Assembly (NCBI GenBank): GCA_017961325.1
Contig: JAGCXM010000019.1
Coordinates: 4,417 to 68,416, forward strand
Direction of reading: 5' to 3'
DNA: 64,000 bases
DNA from: a bacterium
GTDB lineage: Bacteria > UBP6 > UBA1177
Below the pieces are notes generated by a model that was not told the origin of the DNA, did no database searches, and worked only from the letters and a program-made list of their open reading frames with translations. Of the stretch, positions 38,367-47,800 are shown one piece after another. Made by a program: the position numbers and the translations under genes. Each line of letters starts with the position of its first letter. Positions within the stretch are counted from its first letter, which is position 1.

Positions 38367-39569
38367 TCATTTAAATACTTTAAATTTGTAAAGAACGCCC
38401 ATGTCGGACACAAAATAAAGATTTCCGGCTTCGCAGACCATGTTTCCGGAAACCCCGTTCGGTATCATCATCGAATAGTAAACTTTCGAAAAATCGGGCG
38501 AAAGCAGGTGGATGAAGGCGTCCGTGTCGCCCAACATCGGACCTTCGCCGGAGGTCGTTGCGACCGCAAAACGCTCGTTCCAGACCAGATTCGTGACGTA
38601 ATTCATCGATTTGAAAGGCTGCTCCTTGAATTTGCCGTCTTCGTCAAAAATGAAAATTCCCCGTTTCCCGAAACCGGCGAATCCGTTCTGGTATTTGAAA
38701 AGCTGCAGATCCTCCATGTTTTCAAGTTTGGTAGGCTGACCGGCGATAATCACGCCGCCGTATTCGCCGCCAGAAAAAAGAAGGGAATCTTCGATGTTGA
38801 CGAATGACAGGACGTCGAAGAAATCTCGTTTTTCAAATTTTCTGAACTTATTCGCAGTCTTGAATTTGTAGTAGGGGATAAGGTCGACTTTTCCTTCGTC
38901 GCGCAGCATGAAGAACGTTACCGTGCCGTCGGAAAAACCGAAAACTATTTTTCCGTCGACTACGATCGGCTGCGACAGGCGTACGACGGCCATTTCCTCA
39001 CTGTTTTCGTAATCGCTCGTCATCGTTTTAAGTTCGCCGCTTTCTTTGTCGACTACGTAAATCACGCTGTCGTGGAACTGAATCAGCACATATTTCCCGT
39101 CGTAAATGAAAGGCTGCGCCGCGACGCTCGCCTTTCCTGCGATGTTCCAGAGAACCTTCCAGCTGTATTCGGTCTTTTTCTTCCGTTTTTCGGTGACGAG
39201 TTCAAGCATGAAAACCGAATTCGAGACCGAAACAAGAGCGTGGGTTTCGTCAACCGCAACCGGAGCCACTGTGAATTCGCCTTCGAAAACAGCGGTGACT
39301 TTGAGTTCGCCGTTTTTTCCGAAAAGATGAAGCTCTCCGGCTCTCGTTCCGACGAGGAGACTGTCGCCGAAAAGCGTAACGCCCGCCTCTTCGCGCCTGT
39401 TTACCTGAACCTGATTCTTTTTAAGCGGAATAGCCCATTCGACGGCGAGAAGAGGTTTGTTCTTCTTGACGAATTCAGGAGCTCTGCCTGCATTTTCATC
39501 AAATTCGGCAAACAGCGGAACCGAAAATAAAAAAATGAAAAAAAGTGGAATTGCGGTGAAGCGAAACAT
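38367..39569 (-). CDS. PQQ-type beta-propeller protein (BamB-like)
   Basis: Signal peptide, repeated beta-strand blades, and position directly downstream of a YfgM-like TPR gene (yfgM-bamB synteny). Confidence 0.6.
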   Translation of the reverse strand: MFRFTAIPLFFIFLFSVPLFAEFDENAGRAPEFVKKNKPLLAVEWAIPLKKNQVQVNRREEAGVTLFGDSLLVGTRAGELHLFGKNGELKVTAVFEGEFTVAPVAVDETHALVSVSNSVFMLELVTEKRKKKTEYSWKVLWNIAGKASVAAQPFIYDGKYVLIQFHDSVIYVVDKESGELKTMTSDYENSEEMAVVRLSQPIVVDGKIVFGFSDGTVTFFMLRDEGKVDLIPYYKFKTANKFRKFEKRDFFDVLSFVNIEDSLLFSGGEYGGVIIAGQPTKLENMEDLQLFKYQNGFAGFGKRGIFIFDEDGKFKEQPFKSMNYVTNLVWNERFAVATTSGEGPMLGDTDAFIHLLSPDFSKVYYSMMIPNGVSGNMVCEAGNLYFVSDMGVLYKFKVFK

Positions 39570-40309
39570 TAATTCTGCGCTTTGTCTGATTCTTTTGCGG
39601 TAACCTTGCCGACTATTTTGGCGATAAGGATGCTTTTCGGATATTCGTTTTTGATTCTGTTGTAATAAACGGCCGCATCTTCGTTTTTGCCGGATTTTTC
39701 AAGACTCATGGCCGTGTAGTAAAGCGCGTAATCCTTGTAGATATCGGTTTTCTGATTGAGCCATTCCTTCCAGAGGCTGGCCGCTTTTTCAAAATCGCCT
39801 TTGTCAAAGTAGCACATCGCTTCGCCTTCGTATGCAACGAAACGAAGATCTGTGTCGAGTTTTCCGCTGTTGCGTGCCTGTTTGAACAAATCGACGGCTT
39901 TGTCGCAGTTGTTGATGTTTTCTTTGTAAATGCGGCCCGAATAAACCATCGATGCAGCGGCATTTATTGAACCGGACTGATTTTTTATAACTTTGTCAAA
40001 AGCAGAAATAGCGTTTTCGTAAGCTGCTTTTGCGTTTTCTGGAGTCTCTTCTTCAGCTTTCTGGAGAGACTGAACGGCGTTAGCATATTCAAGAGACTTT
40101 GCGTCAGACGAAGATTTTACGGCAGATGAAATCAGCATTGCCGCAACAACGACAATAAGAATTGCTCCTACGCATCCGAAAATAAAGTAGGGATGTTCCA
40201 GAACAACCTTTTTACCCTGTTCCTGAAAAGCGTCGTTTTCAACTATATTAGCCGCCGCTTCAACTTCTTTTTTCTTGATTTTTCTTGCGCCTCTAAGCTT
40301 CAAAGCCAT
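39569..40309 (-). CDS. Membrane-anchored TPR protein (YfgM-like)
   Basis: Basic cytosolic N-terminus, one TM, helical TPR repeats ending Y...IKNEYPKS. Confidence 0.65.
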   Translation of the reverse strand: MALKLRGARKIKKKEVEAAANIVENDAFQEQGKKVVLEHPYFIFGCVGAILIVVVAAMLISSAVKSSSDAKSLEYANAVQSLQKAEEETPENAKAAYENAISAFDKVIKNQSGSINAAASMVYSGRIYKENINNCDKAVDLFKQARNSGKLDTDLRFVAYEGEAMCYFDKGDFEKAASLWKEWLNQKTDIYKDYALYYTAMSLEKSGKNEDAAVYYNRIKNEYPKSILIAKIVGKVTAKESDKAQN

Positions 40310-40346
40310 AACTTCCTCCGAAAAAAATAAACAAAAAAAACTCCGC

Positions 40347-40374
40347 CTTATATAAAAACCTTTTCAAAAGTCAA
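40347..40374 (-). promoter_or_regulatory. Putative promoter of the yfgM-like operon
   Basis: TTGACT-N16-TATAAG followed by GCGG. Confidence 0.5.
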
Positions 40375-40422
40375 CAATAATTCTTGCCGGTAAGGCCGGA
40401 TTTTTCTTATTTGATAAAAAAA

Positions 40423-40450
40423 TTGAATTAATGTGTTTTTTTGTTAGCAT
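40423..40450 (+). promoter_or_regulatory. Putative promoter of the Hsp70 paralog
   Basis: TTGAAT-N16-TAGCAT. Confidence 0.45.
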
Positions 40451-40481
40451 GTCTGCCGGTTTTTGAAGGCAGAGGTGAAAA

Positions 40482-42380
40482 ATGACAGTTATCGGAATTG
40501 ATTTAGGAACAACGAATTCGTGCGTGGCGCTTATAAAAAACGGCAAACCGGAAGTCGTGAAGGACAGCGGCGGCAAATCCACGATTCCTTCGATCGTAAG
40601 TTTCGTTAAGAACGATCTCTCCGGAGAAATCGGCAAAGTCGTCGGTGCACAGGCTTACCAGCAGATGCTGACGAACGCCGAGAATTCGGTTTACTGCATA
40701 AAAAGGCTTATGGGACATGATTTTAAAAGTGCCTCGATCAGCCACATTCTCCCGACGCTTTCATACAAGGTCATTCCGGGCAAGGAGGGAAACGGGCTTG
40801 AAATCTATATTCCGGTCCTCGACAGAAATTTCACGACAGAGGAAATTTCCTCATACATTCTGACGGAACTCCGCGGCATGGCTGAAAAATATGTCGGCGA
40901 AACCGTGACGAAGGCGGTAATCACCGTTCCGGCATACTTCAACAACAAGCAGCGCCAGGCGACGAAAGACGCAGCTGCAATTGCCGGAATCGAAGTTCTC
41001 CGCATAATCAACGAACCGACGGCTGCGGCTCTGGCCTACGGTTTTTCAAAGTCGATTACCGACGAAAAACTTCTTGCAGTATTTGATTTCGGAGGCGGAA
41101 CATTCGACATCACGCTCATGGAGGTTTCAAAAGACACCTTCAATGTCGTTGCGACGGCCGGGAACACTTTCTTGGGCGGCGAAGACATTACGAACGCCCT
41201 TTTGGAATACCTTCTCGACGATCTTGTGACAAAATACGGTCTGCCTGAAATCACCGACCAGCTTGTCATTCAGAGACTTCGCGATTATGCCGAAACGGCG
41301 AAGAAGAATCTGACGCTTCAGAACGTTGTTACTGTAGAAATTCCGTATCTGATGGAACATAACGGCAACTTCATTCACTATCAGGCTGAAGTCACGAGGG
41401 AAAAGCTCGACGAACTGGCGCTTCCGTTCGTTCAGAAAGCGATCAAAACCTTTGAAAAGACGCTGCAGGAAGTCAAACTTCTTCCAGATTCACTGGCCGG
41501 AATCATTCTCATCGGCGGTCAGACGAGGATGCCTCTCGTTCAGAGCGAACTTGCAAATTTCTGCCCCGGCGTGCAGATTCTGAAAAACATAAATCCGGAC
41601 GAAACCGTTGCAATGGGTGCGGCCATTCAGGCAAAATTCATTGAAGACGAGGAGGGCGGCGAAGACAACGGAATGCTTCTGCTCGACGTTACCCCGCACA
41701 ACCTGGGAATTGCGGTAGGAAAGGATATGTTCTACACTCTGATTCAGAAAAATTCGACCGTTCCGACTTCTGTGGACGATATTTTCGTAACGTCGCACGA
41801 CAATCAGGAAAAGGCGAAAATCCTTCTGCTGCAGGGCGATTCGCTTGTCGCTTCCGAAAACGAGATTCTCGGTGAGTTCGAGCTTGACGGTCTCCGTCCT
41901 GCGAAACGCGGTGAAGTCAAGATCAGAGTCACCTACGAAATTGACATCAACGGTATCGTCACTGTTCAGGCGATGGATATGGATACCGGAATCTCCCAAC
42001 GTATAACGGTTGCTTCCACCGGCAATATGACGAAAGAGGAACTGCAGAAAAAGATTGAAGAAAACTCTGATTATTATCTTGATCTGGCTGAAAAAACGAT
42101 GGTCGAGGAGGTCGTTCAGAGTATAGAAAACTATCTTTTCGAGCTTGAAACGATGAAGCCTAAACTTTACCAGATTTTTTCAAATTCCAAAATCGGAAAC
42201 GACAAGATGGAGAAAATGGAAGTTCTCATTTCAGGCACGAAAACCTACATAAAAGGCGAAAAGCTGGAACTCGAAAAGCTTCAGGACATCGAGACGAAGC
42301 TCGACATTCTCAAGAACACGTACAAGAATCTGATTGATCATTCGGATGAAACAGTCGGCCCTGACGGCGGGATTTTCTAA
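40482..42380 (+). CDS. Hsp70/DnaK-family protein (divergent paralog)
   Basis: [47 protein letters not shown] and linker LLLDVTP; no adjacent dnaJ or grpE. Confidence 0.9.
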   Translation: MTVIGIDLGTTNSCVALIKNGKPEVVKDSGGKSTIPSIVSFVKNDLSGEIGKVVGAQAYQQMLTNAENSVYCIKRLMGHDFKSASISHILPTLSYKVIPGKEGNGLEIYIPVLDRNFTTEEISSYILTELRGMAEKYVGETVTKAVITVPAYFNNKQRQATKDAAAIAGIEVLRIINEPTAAALAYGFSKSITDEKLLAVFDFGGGTFDITLMEVSKDTFNVVATAGNTFLGGEDITNALLEYLLDDLVTKYGLPEITDQLVIQRLRDYAETAKKNLTLQNVVTVEIPYLMEHNGNFIHYQAEVTREKLDELALPFVQKAIKTFEKTLQEVKLLPDSLAGIILIGGQTRMPLVQSELANFCPGVQILKNINPDETVAMGAAIQAKFIEDEEGGEDNGMLLLDVTPHNLGIAVGKDMFYTLIQKNSTVPTSVDDIFVTSHDNQEKAKILLLQGDSLVASENEILGEFELDGLRPAKRGEVKIRVTYEIDINGIVTVQAMDMDTGISQRITVASTGNMTKEELQKKIEENSDYYLDLAEKTMVEEVVQSIENYLFELETMKPKLYQIFSNSKIGNDKMEKMEVLISGTKTYIKGEKLELEKLQDIETKLDILKNTYKNLIDHSDETVGPDGGIF

Positions 42381-42393
42381 TCTTTTACGACAG

Positions 42394-43299
42394 TTATTCT
42401 TTTATCGAACCTATAAGCTGATTTAAATTTTCTTTTCTTTTTTCGAGATATTCTTCAAGCTTTCCGGCACACTCTTCCGCAATCGAGGGATTGACGAAGT
42501 TGTATGCGCCTATCTCTACCGCCTTCGCGCCGACGATGAGAAAGTCGAGGACATCTTCAAAAGAGGAGATTCCGCCGATTCCGATGACGGGAATTTTAAG
42601 AACCTTTGCCGTCTGCCAAACCATTCTGAGTGCGACCGGTTTTATCGCCGGACCGCTCAGACCTCCGATTTTATTGCCTAAAATGAAAGTTCTTTTCTCG
42701 CGGTTTATCGCAGTGCCGATCAAAGTGTTGATTAGGGAAACGGCATCGGCGCCGCCTGCTTCCGCAGCAAGTGCGGTTTGGGTTATATCGGTGACATTTG
42801 GCGAAAGCTTGACGATCACAGGTTTATCGGTATTTGCTTTAACAGCATTGGTGAGTCGTTGAATTATTTCAGGATTTGAACCGAATGCCGAGCCGCCTGA
42901 TTTGACGTTAGGGCATGAGAGATTCATTTCGAACGCGTCTATGCGGCTGTTTTTCGAAAGAATTCCGGTGAGGCGGACGAAATCCTCTTCCGAAGAGGCG
43001 TAGAGGTTGACGATTATCGCGCATTTGAGAGCACTTATCTTCGGCATGATTTCATCGAGGAAATATTTAGAACCGCAGTTTTCAAGCCCTATCGAATTGA
43101 GCATTCCCGAAGCCGTTTCGACTATTCTGGGCGAGGGATTTCCTGCTCTCGGCTCGATCGAAACCCCTTTCGTGCAGAAACCGCCGATCTTGTCGGGATT
43201 CATAAAATCTTCAAATTCAATGCCGTAGCCGAAAGTTCCGGAAGCAGTCAGAATCGGATTCTGAAGCCTAAGTTTGCCGATGTTTACCGATAAATCCAT
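42394..43299 (-). CDS. pyrD: Dihydroorotate dehydrogenase, class 1 catalytic subunit
   Basis: NPILTASGTFGYG, LNSIGLEN, EMNLSCPNV, VKLSPN, GGLSGPAIKP and IGIGGI motifs. Confidence 0.95.
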   Translation of the reverse strand: MDLSVNIGKLRLQNPILTASGTFGYGIEFEDFMNPDKIGGFCTKGVSIEPRAGNPSPRIVETASGMLNSIGLENCGSKYFLDEIMPKISALKCAIIVNLYASSEEDFVRLTGILSKNSRIDAFEMNLSCPNVKSGGSAFGSNPEIIQRLTNAVKANTDKPVIVKLSPNVTDITQTALAAEAGGADAVSLINTLIGTAINREKRTFILGNKIGGLSGPAIKPVALRMVWQTAKVLKIPVIGIGGISSFEDVLDFLIVGAKAVEIGAYNFVNPSIAEECAGKLEEYLEKRKENLNQLIGSIKE

Positions 43300-43329
43300 C
43301 TTTTTCTCCGCACAAATAAAAACGCAAAA

Positions 43330-43357
43330 AGGATATTGAAAAAGATTTTTTTATCAA
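43330..43357 (-). promoter_or_regulatory. Putative pyrD promoter
   Basis: TTGATA-N16-TATCCT. Confidence 0.5.
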
Positions 43358-43520
43358 GTCGGAAAAGTATATTTGTGCCATAATTCTCAAACGTTTCCGG
43401 AAGAAAAAAACTTCTCGGAATAATTTATCCGCAAAAGTAAAAATAAAACCTTTATATTATTTTGCGATTGAATAAGATTCCACGCTTTTGTTCTCTGTTT
43501 GTTTGTTGAAAGGCTTGAAT

Positions 43521-44072
43521 ATGGTTGAAAACGTAAATAAAGCGGCGGAAAAAAAGAAAATTCCGTGGTATGACTTGAAATCACAGTTTCTGAATATATG
43601 GAAAAAGCTTATCCATCTGAATGCAGATCCGCACGACATCGCTTTCGGGCTTGCGCTTGGGATTTTTGTGGGATTCCTGCCGATAATGGGGATACAGATG
43701 GCTGTCGCAGGATTAGTCTGTTTGCCGTTCAAACGGGCGAACAAGCCTGCTGCCATAGCCGGAGTGTGGATTACGAATCCGCTCACCGTGATTCCGATTT
43801 ACGCCTTTATCTACTGGGTCGGAACCTTCTTTTATCCGTCAGAACACATCGTTACGCCGTCAACTATCATGGCGAAAATGAGTGCGGTACTTGAACTTGA
43901 AGGTTTTGTCACACAGACGAAAGGTTTTCTTGCGCTGGGGGCCGATATTTTTCTGCCGATGTGCATAGGCGGCGCGGTCGTCGGTCTTATCGCGATGATT
44001 CCGACATATTTTTTAACCGAAAAATGGATTACTGCATACCGCAGAAGAAAGGCAGGTAAAAATGCAAAATAA
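43521..44072 (+). CDS. DUF2062-family membrane protein
   Basis: PHDIAFGLALGIFVGFLP..G.Q...WITNPLT..PIY pattern. Confidence 0.85.
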   Translation: MVENVNKAAEKKKIPWYDLKSQFLNIWKKLIHLNADPHDIAFGLALGIFVGFLPIMGIQMAVAGLVCLPFKRANKPAAIAGVWITNPLTVIPIYAFIYWVGTFFYPSEHIVTPSTIMAKMSAVLELEGFVTQTKGFLALGADIFLPMCIGGAVVGLIAMIPTYFLTEKWITAYRRRKAGKNAK

Positions 44073-44670
44073 AAACGTTACGGTTTTCGACCTTGAAACA
44101 ACGGGACTTTCGCCCGATTACGGTGACAGAATCACCGAGATCGGCGCCGTAAAGCTGTGCGGGAACAAACTTTGCGGAGTTTTTCAGACTCTTGTGAATC
44201 CCGAAAGAAAAATCCCTGACAAAATTGTCGAAATAACCGGAATAACGAACGAAATGGTTGCGGACAAACCGACTATATCGCAGGTTCTTCCGCTGTTCGT
44301 CGATTTTGTCGGAGACGACGTTCTTGTTGCTCACAACGCCAAATTCGACACCTCTTTCCTGCGCTACGAGCTGAAAGAATGGGGGATAAACAGGAATTTC
44401 GAAACTTTCTGCACCCTTCTTGCCTCCCGCAAGGAGGTGAAGACTTCCGCGAACTTCAAACTTTCGACTTTGAAAAACCACTTCAACCTTAAGCCGATGG
44501 GAGCTATGCACCGCGCTCTGTCGGACGCATACGTTACGGCGCAGCTTTATCTCAAACTTACGAAAAACTGGGGAACCGATACGATGAACCAGTTTGAAAA
44601 GGAGATTGAACGTCTTGTTGGATCGAGAGCCGAAGACGATGTTTTCGTCATTGATCCGAAATATTCGTAA
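44062..44670 (+). CDS. DEDDh 3'-5' exonuclease (DnaQ-like)
   Basis: FDLETTG, ITEIGAV, VAHNAKFD and HRALSDA motifs. Confidence 0.92.
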   Translation: MQNKNVTVFDLETTGLSPDYGDRITEIGAVKLCGNKLCGVFQTLVNPERKIPDKIVEITGITNEMVADKPTISQVLPLFVDFVGDDVLVAHNAKFDTSFLRYELKEWGINRNFETFCTLLASRKEVKTSANFKLSTLKNHFNLKPMGAMHRALSDAYVTAQLYLKLTKNWGTDTMNQFEKEIERLVGSRAEDDVFVIDPKYS

Positions 44671-44715
44671 ATTCGCTGAAAAATCAGGTTTTTTAAATTT
44701 TGCCAATATGTCAAT

Positions 44716-44744
44716 TTGCCTTTTTGTCATCTTTTTTGTATTAT
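44716..44744 (+). promoter_or_regulatory. Putative asd promoter
   Basis: TTGCCT-N17-TATTAT. Confidence 0.4.
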
Positions 44745-44822
44745 GTAACTGGCTGTTTTTGCTGATTTATTCTGGCGGAACAGTTATTGCTTGTAAAATC
44801 GGTTTTTTTGTTTGGAGGAGAA

Positions 44823-45845
44823 ATGAAGCCTTTGAATGTTGCAATAGTCGGCGCGACGGGGCTTGTCGGGCTTGAATTCATATCGATTCTGGAAGAAAGA
44901 AATTTTCCGATTGAAAAACTCTATCCTTTTGCGAGCGACGGTTCGCTTGGTCAGACGGTCACTTACAAAAATAAGGAAATCGATGTTATTCCGCTGAAGG
45001 TCGAAGAAATTGAAAAGAATAAAATCGATCTCGCATTTTTCAGTGCAGGCGCTGGTGTCGCCCTTGATTTTGCGAAAGATTTCGCAAGAAACGGCGCAAT
45101 CGTCATTGACAACAGCTCCGCTTTCAGAATGGATGACGAAATTCCGCTTGTCGTACCTGAAGTAAACGGCGGCGTGCTGAAAGACAACGGTTCCAAAATT
45201 ATCGCCAATCCGAACTGCTCGACAATCCAGCTCGTCCCTTTTCTTCAGATTGTTGAAGAGCTTTTCGGAATAAAAAAGGTCGTCGTAAGCACCTATCAGA
45301 GTGTCAGCGGTGCCGGCAAAAAGGGGATCGAAGAGCTCAGAACGCAGATTTCGGATCTGTTTTCGTTCAAAGAGGTCAAACCCGAAGTTTTTCTGCAGCG
45401 TATAGCGTTCAACCTTATTCCGCAGATCGGTCCTTTCTACGATGACGGCTACTGCGAGGAAGAGGTTAAGATGATTAACGAATCCCGCAAAATTCTCTCG
45501 ATGCCGGAATTGGATATCGATGTCACGACCGTCCGCGTTCCGACTTTCTTTTCCCACGCTGAAACGGTCTGGATGGAACTTAAAAAAGAGTGCAGCATTA
45601 ACGAACTTCACCGCAGGATCAGGGAAAATCCGGAAATGGTTCTCATGGACGACATCGAACAGCTGCTTTATCCGACTTTGATCGATTCTTCGGGGCGCGA
45701 CGAGGTTTTCGTCGGCAGGCTCCGCAAGGGCCGCGAACATAAAAACACCCTTTCGGCCTGGATTGTGGCGGATAATGTGCGGAAGGGAGCGGCTTATAAC
45801 GCAGTAAGAATTGCTGAAACTATATTTGGGGAAGCAAATGACTAA
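44823..45845 (+). CDS. asd: Aspartate-semialdehyde dehydrogenase
   Basis: GATGLVG, IDNSSAFRM, IANPNCST, TYQSVSGAG and DNVRKGAA motifs; start ATG 44823 after GGAGGAG. Confidence 0.97.
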   Translation: MKPLNVAIVGATGLVGLEFISILEERNFPIEKLYPFASDGSLGQTVTYKNKEIDVIPLKVEEIEKNKIDLAFFSAGAGVALDFAKDFARNGAIVIDNSSAFRMDDEIPLVVPEVNGGVLKDNGSKIIANPNCSTIQLVPFLQIVEELFGIKKVVVSTYQSVSGAGKKGIEELRTQISDLFSFKEVKPEVFLQRIAFNLIPQIGPFYDDGYCEEEVKMINESRKILSMPELDIDVTTVRVPTFFSHAETVWMELKKECSINELHRRIRENPEMVLMDDIEQLLYPTLIDSSGRDEVFVGRLRKGREHKNTLSAWIVADNVRKGAAYNAVRIAETIFGEAND

Positions 45846-47727
45846 AAATTTAACATTCTGTTTAATTATGTTTTCAATTTTCTCTCTTTTTTCAGAGAGT
45901 TACATCACTAATGTCGAATCTGATCCGGAGCACGGCAATCTGAATTTCAATGGTTCTCTGAAGATTTTCTTCGATTTGCCGCATTCAGATTTGGTTAAAA
46001 AGGTATATCTTCAAACCGAAATCAACGGTACGACTTCGACCCTGGACAAAACAGTCATGGATGACGGTTTTCTGAGTATCGACAACTCTGTCACGCTTTC
46101 CGGAGAAGAGCTTTACAAAGCCATAAAAAATCAACGGAATATTGAAAATCAGGACGACAAATCGCTTGCTGACGGTATTTACGGCATAAGGATTCGGGCC
46201 GAACTCGACACTTCGTCAAACACAAACAACGATGATGGAGAGGACGAAGACGAAAACGACGACGAAGAAGAAGAAACCGAAACCGTTCCGGAATATGCCG
46301 AGAAGAGTATCAGCATAACATTCGACAATAAACCGCCGAAAGCTCCGGCTGCGATAGAAGTCGAAGGCGGAAATCAGCAGATGCTAATAAGAGTTACTCC
46401 GCCGAGTACCGAAGACGGCAAATCGAAAGAAAAAATCGGAAAATATCACGCTAAGGTAACGGGTGTGTTCAAAAGCGGAGAAGCTGAAACTGAAACAACG
46501 TTGGAATATGATTCTGAAGTAAAATCAGATAGCTATAATAAAGTTTGGGAATTTACCGTAAAAGGCAAGCAAGGTTATGAGTTCATAAACAACGACGAAG
46601 GCAAGAGTGACAAAAACTATTCCGTAGAGGTTTATGCCGAAGATCTCGCCGGAAACAGCGACAAAACCGCAACGATTTCGGTTAATGCCTCTGCGGTTAC
46701 GACTTACGGTTTCTGGAGCAATTATAAATCGAACGGCGGAAAGGACGACGGCGGATTCTGCTTTGTTGCGACGGCCGGTTTCGGCAGTTATTTTCATCCG
46801 AGCGTTGAACTTCTGCGCGAGTTCAGAGACTCCGTTCTTGCACAATCCGGTTTAGGCAGAAGATTTATAGCGGCATACTATAAATACGGCAGTTATCCTG
46901 CTGATATTATTAAAGATTCTTCGTTGCTCAGGGCTATTTCGAGAACGATTCTAATGCCTCTCGTCCTCTCATCCTGGTTTTTGACAACAGTTTTAGGAAG
47001 GATACTCATGATTTTGTGGTTGGTTTTGATTGCGTTTTTTGCCTTTAAACCGGGCAGAAAGGCGTTTTTGGCACTCTTGTTCGTTCTGCTTCTGACAGTA
47101 CCTGTAAAAGAACTTTCGGCAAAAGGAAATCTGTTCCACGGCGAAGCGAGTTTTACGAACCTTTTCTACTATCCTCAAGTCGATTCAGAAACTGACAAGT
47201 CGCCTTTCAAGGATGTAGCAGGAACGGAACTCCGCTATCTTCCGTCGCTTACTTTCGGTGTTGCTGTTCCGACAAAATACATCAGGATCTCCTTTATCGG
47301 CGGCATCGGTTATACAAGATTTAAGGGCCGTGCGGTAAGATCCGACGGAACAAAAAGTTCGGACAGAACAACGATGCACTTCATTCCGCTCAAGGCAGAA
47401 TTGAAACTGCGTCCGGTTTATGATTTTCCGCTTTATCCCTACATTGCCGGCGGAATCGACTACTACACATGGTGGGTCCGCGACCACGGTGATACAACCG
47501 AAAACGGCGGAACTTTCGGACTTCACGGAACGGTGGGACTTATGCTTTCGCTCAACTGGATGGATCCTTCTTCATCCAAGAAAATGAATGAAAACGGCGT
47601 TTTCAATACCTGCCTTTTCGTCGGTTACAAATTTGAAAAAATCAACGATTTCTGGCGCAAAAACAGCTTTGACCTTTCCAACAAAATGAAAAACAATTTC
47701 GAATTCGGAATCCTTTTCGAGTTCTAA
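45838..47727 (+). CDS. Exported Ig/FN3-like protein - CFI-box-CTERM domain - TM hairpin - outer-membrane beta-barrel (MXAN_2562-like) fusion
   Basis: Signal peptide; FDNKPPKAP beta-sandwich start; CFVATAGFGS...LREFRD..L....GRRFI..YY CFI-box; two hydrophobic segments; amphipathic beta-strands with LNWMDP...NT.LF and terminal FGILFEF. Confidence 0.75.
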   Translation: MTKNLTFCLIMFSIFSLFSESYITNVESDPEHGNLNFNGSLKIFFDLPHSDLVKKVYLQTEINGTTSTLDKTVMDDGFLSIDNSVTLSGEELYKAIKNQRNIENQDDKSLADGIYGIRIRAELDTSSNTNNDDGEDEDENDDEEEETETVPEYAEKSISITFDNKPPKAPAAIEVEGGNQQMLIRVTPPSTEDGKSKEKIGKYHAKVTGVFKSGEAETETTLEYDSEVKSDSYNKVWEFTVKGKQGYEFINNDEGKSDKNYSVEVYAEDLAGNSDKTATISVNASAVTTYGFWSNYKSNGGKDDGGFCFVATAGFGSYFHPSVELLREFRDSVLAQSGLGRRFIAAYYKYGSYPADIIKDSSLLRAISRTILMPLVLSSWFLTTVLGRILMILWLVLIAFFAFKPGRKAFLALLFVLLLTVPVKELSAKGNLFHGEASFTNLFYYPQVDSETDKSPFKDVAGTELRYLPSLTFGVAVPTKYIRISFIGGIGYTRFKGRAVRSDGTKSSDRTTMHFIPLKAELKLRPVYDFPLYPYIAGGIDYYTWWVRDHGDTTENGGTFGLHGTVGLMLSLNWMDPSSSKKMNENGVFNTCLFVGYKFEKINDFWRKNSFDLSNKMKNNFEFGILFEF

Positions 47728-47744
47728 AATTTCCTTTGAAAAAC

Positions 47745-47772
47745 TTGCAAAAAAAGCCTTTCTGCCTATCAT
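47745..47772 (+). promoter_or_regulatory. Putative serS promoter
   Basis: TTGCAA-N16-TATCAT followed by TGCGCGG. Confidence 0.6.
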
Positions 47773-47800
47773 TGCGCGGTTTTTTTTATAGAGGTGAAAA

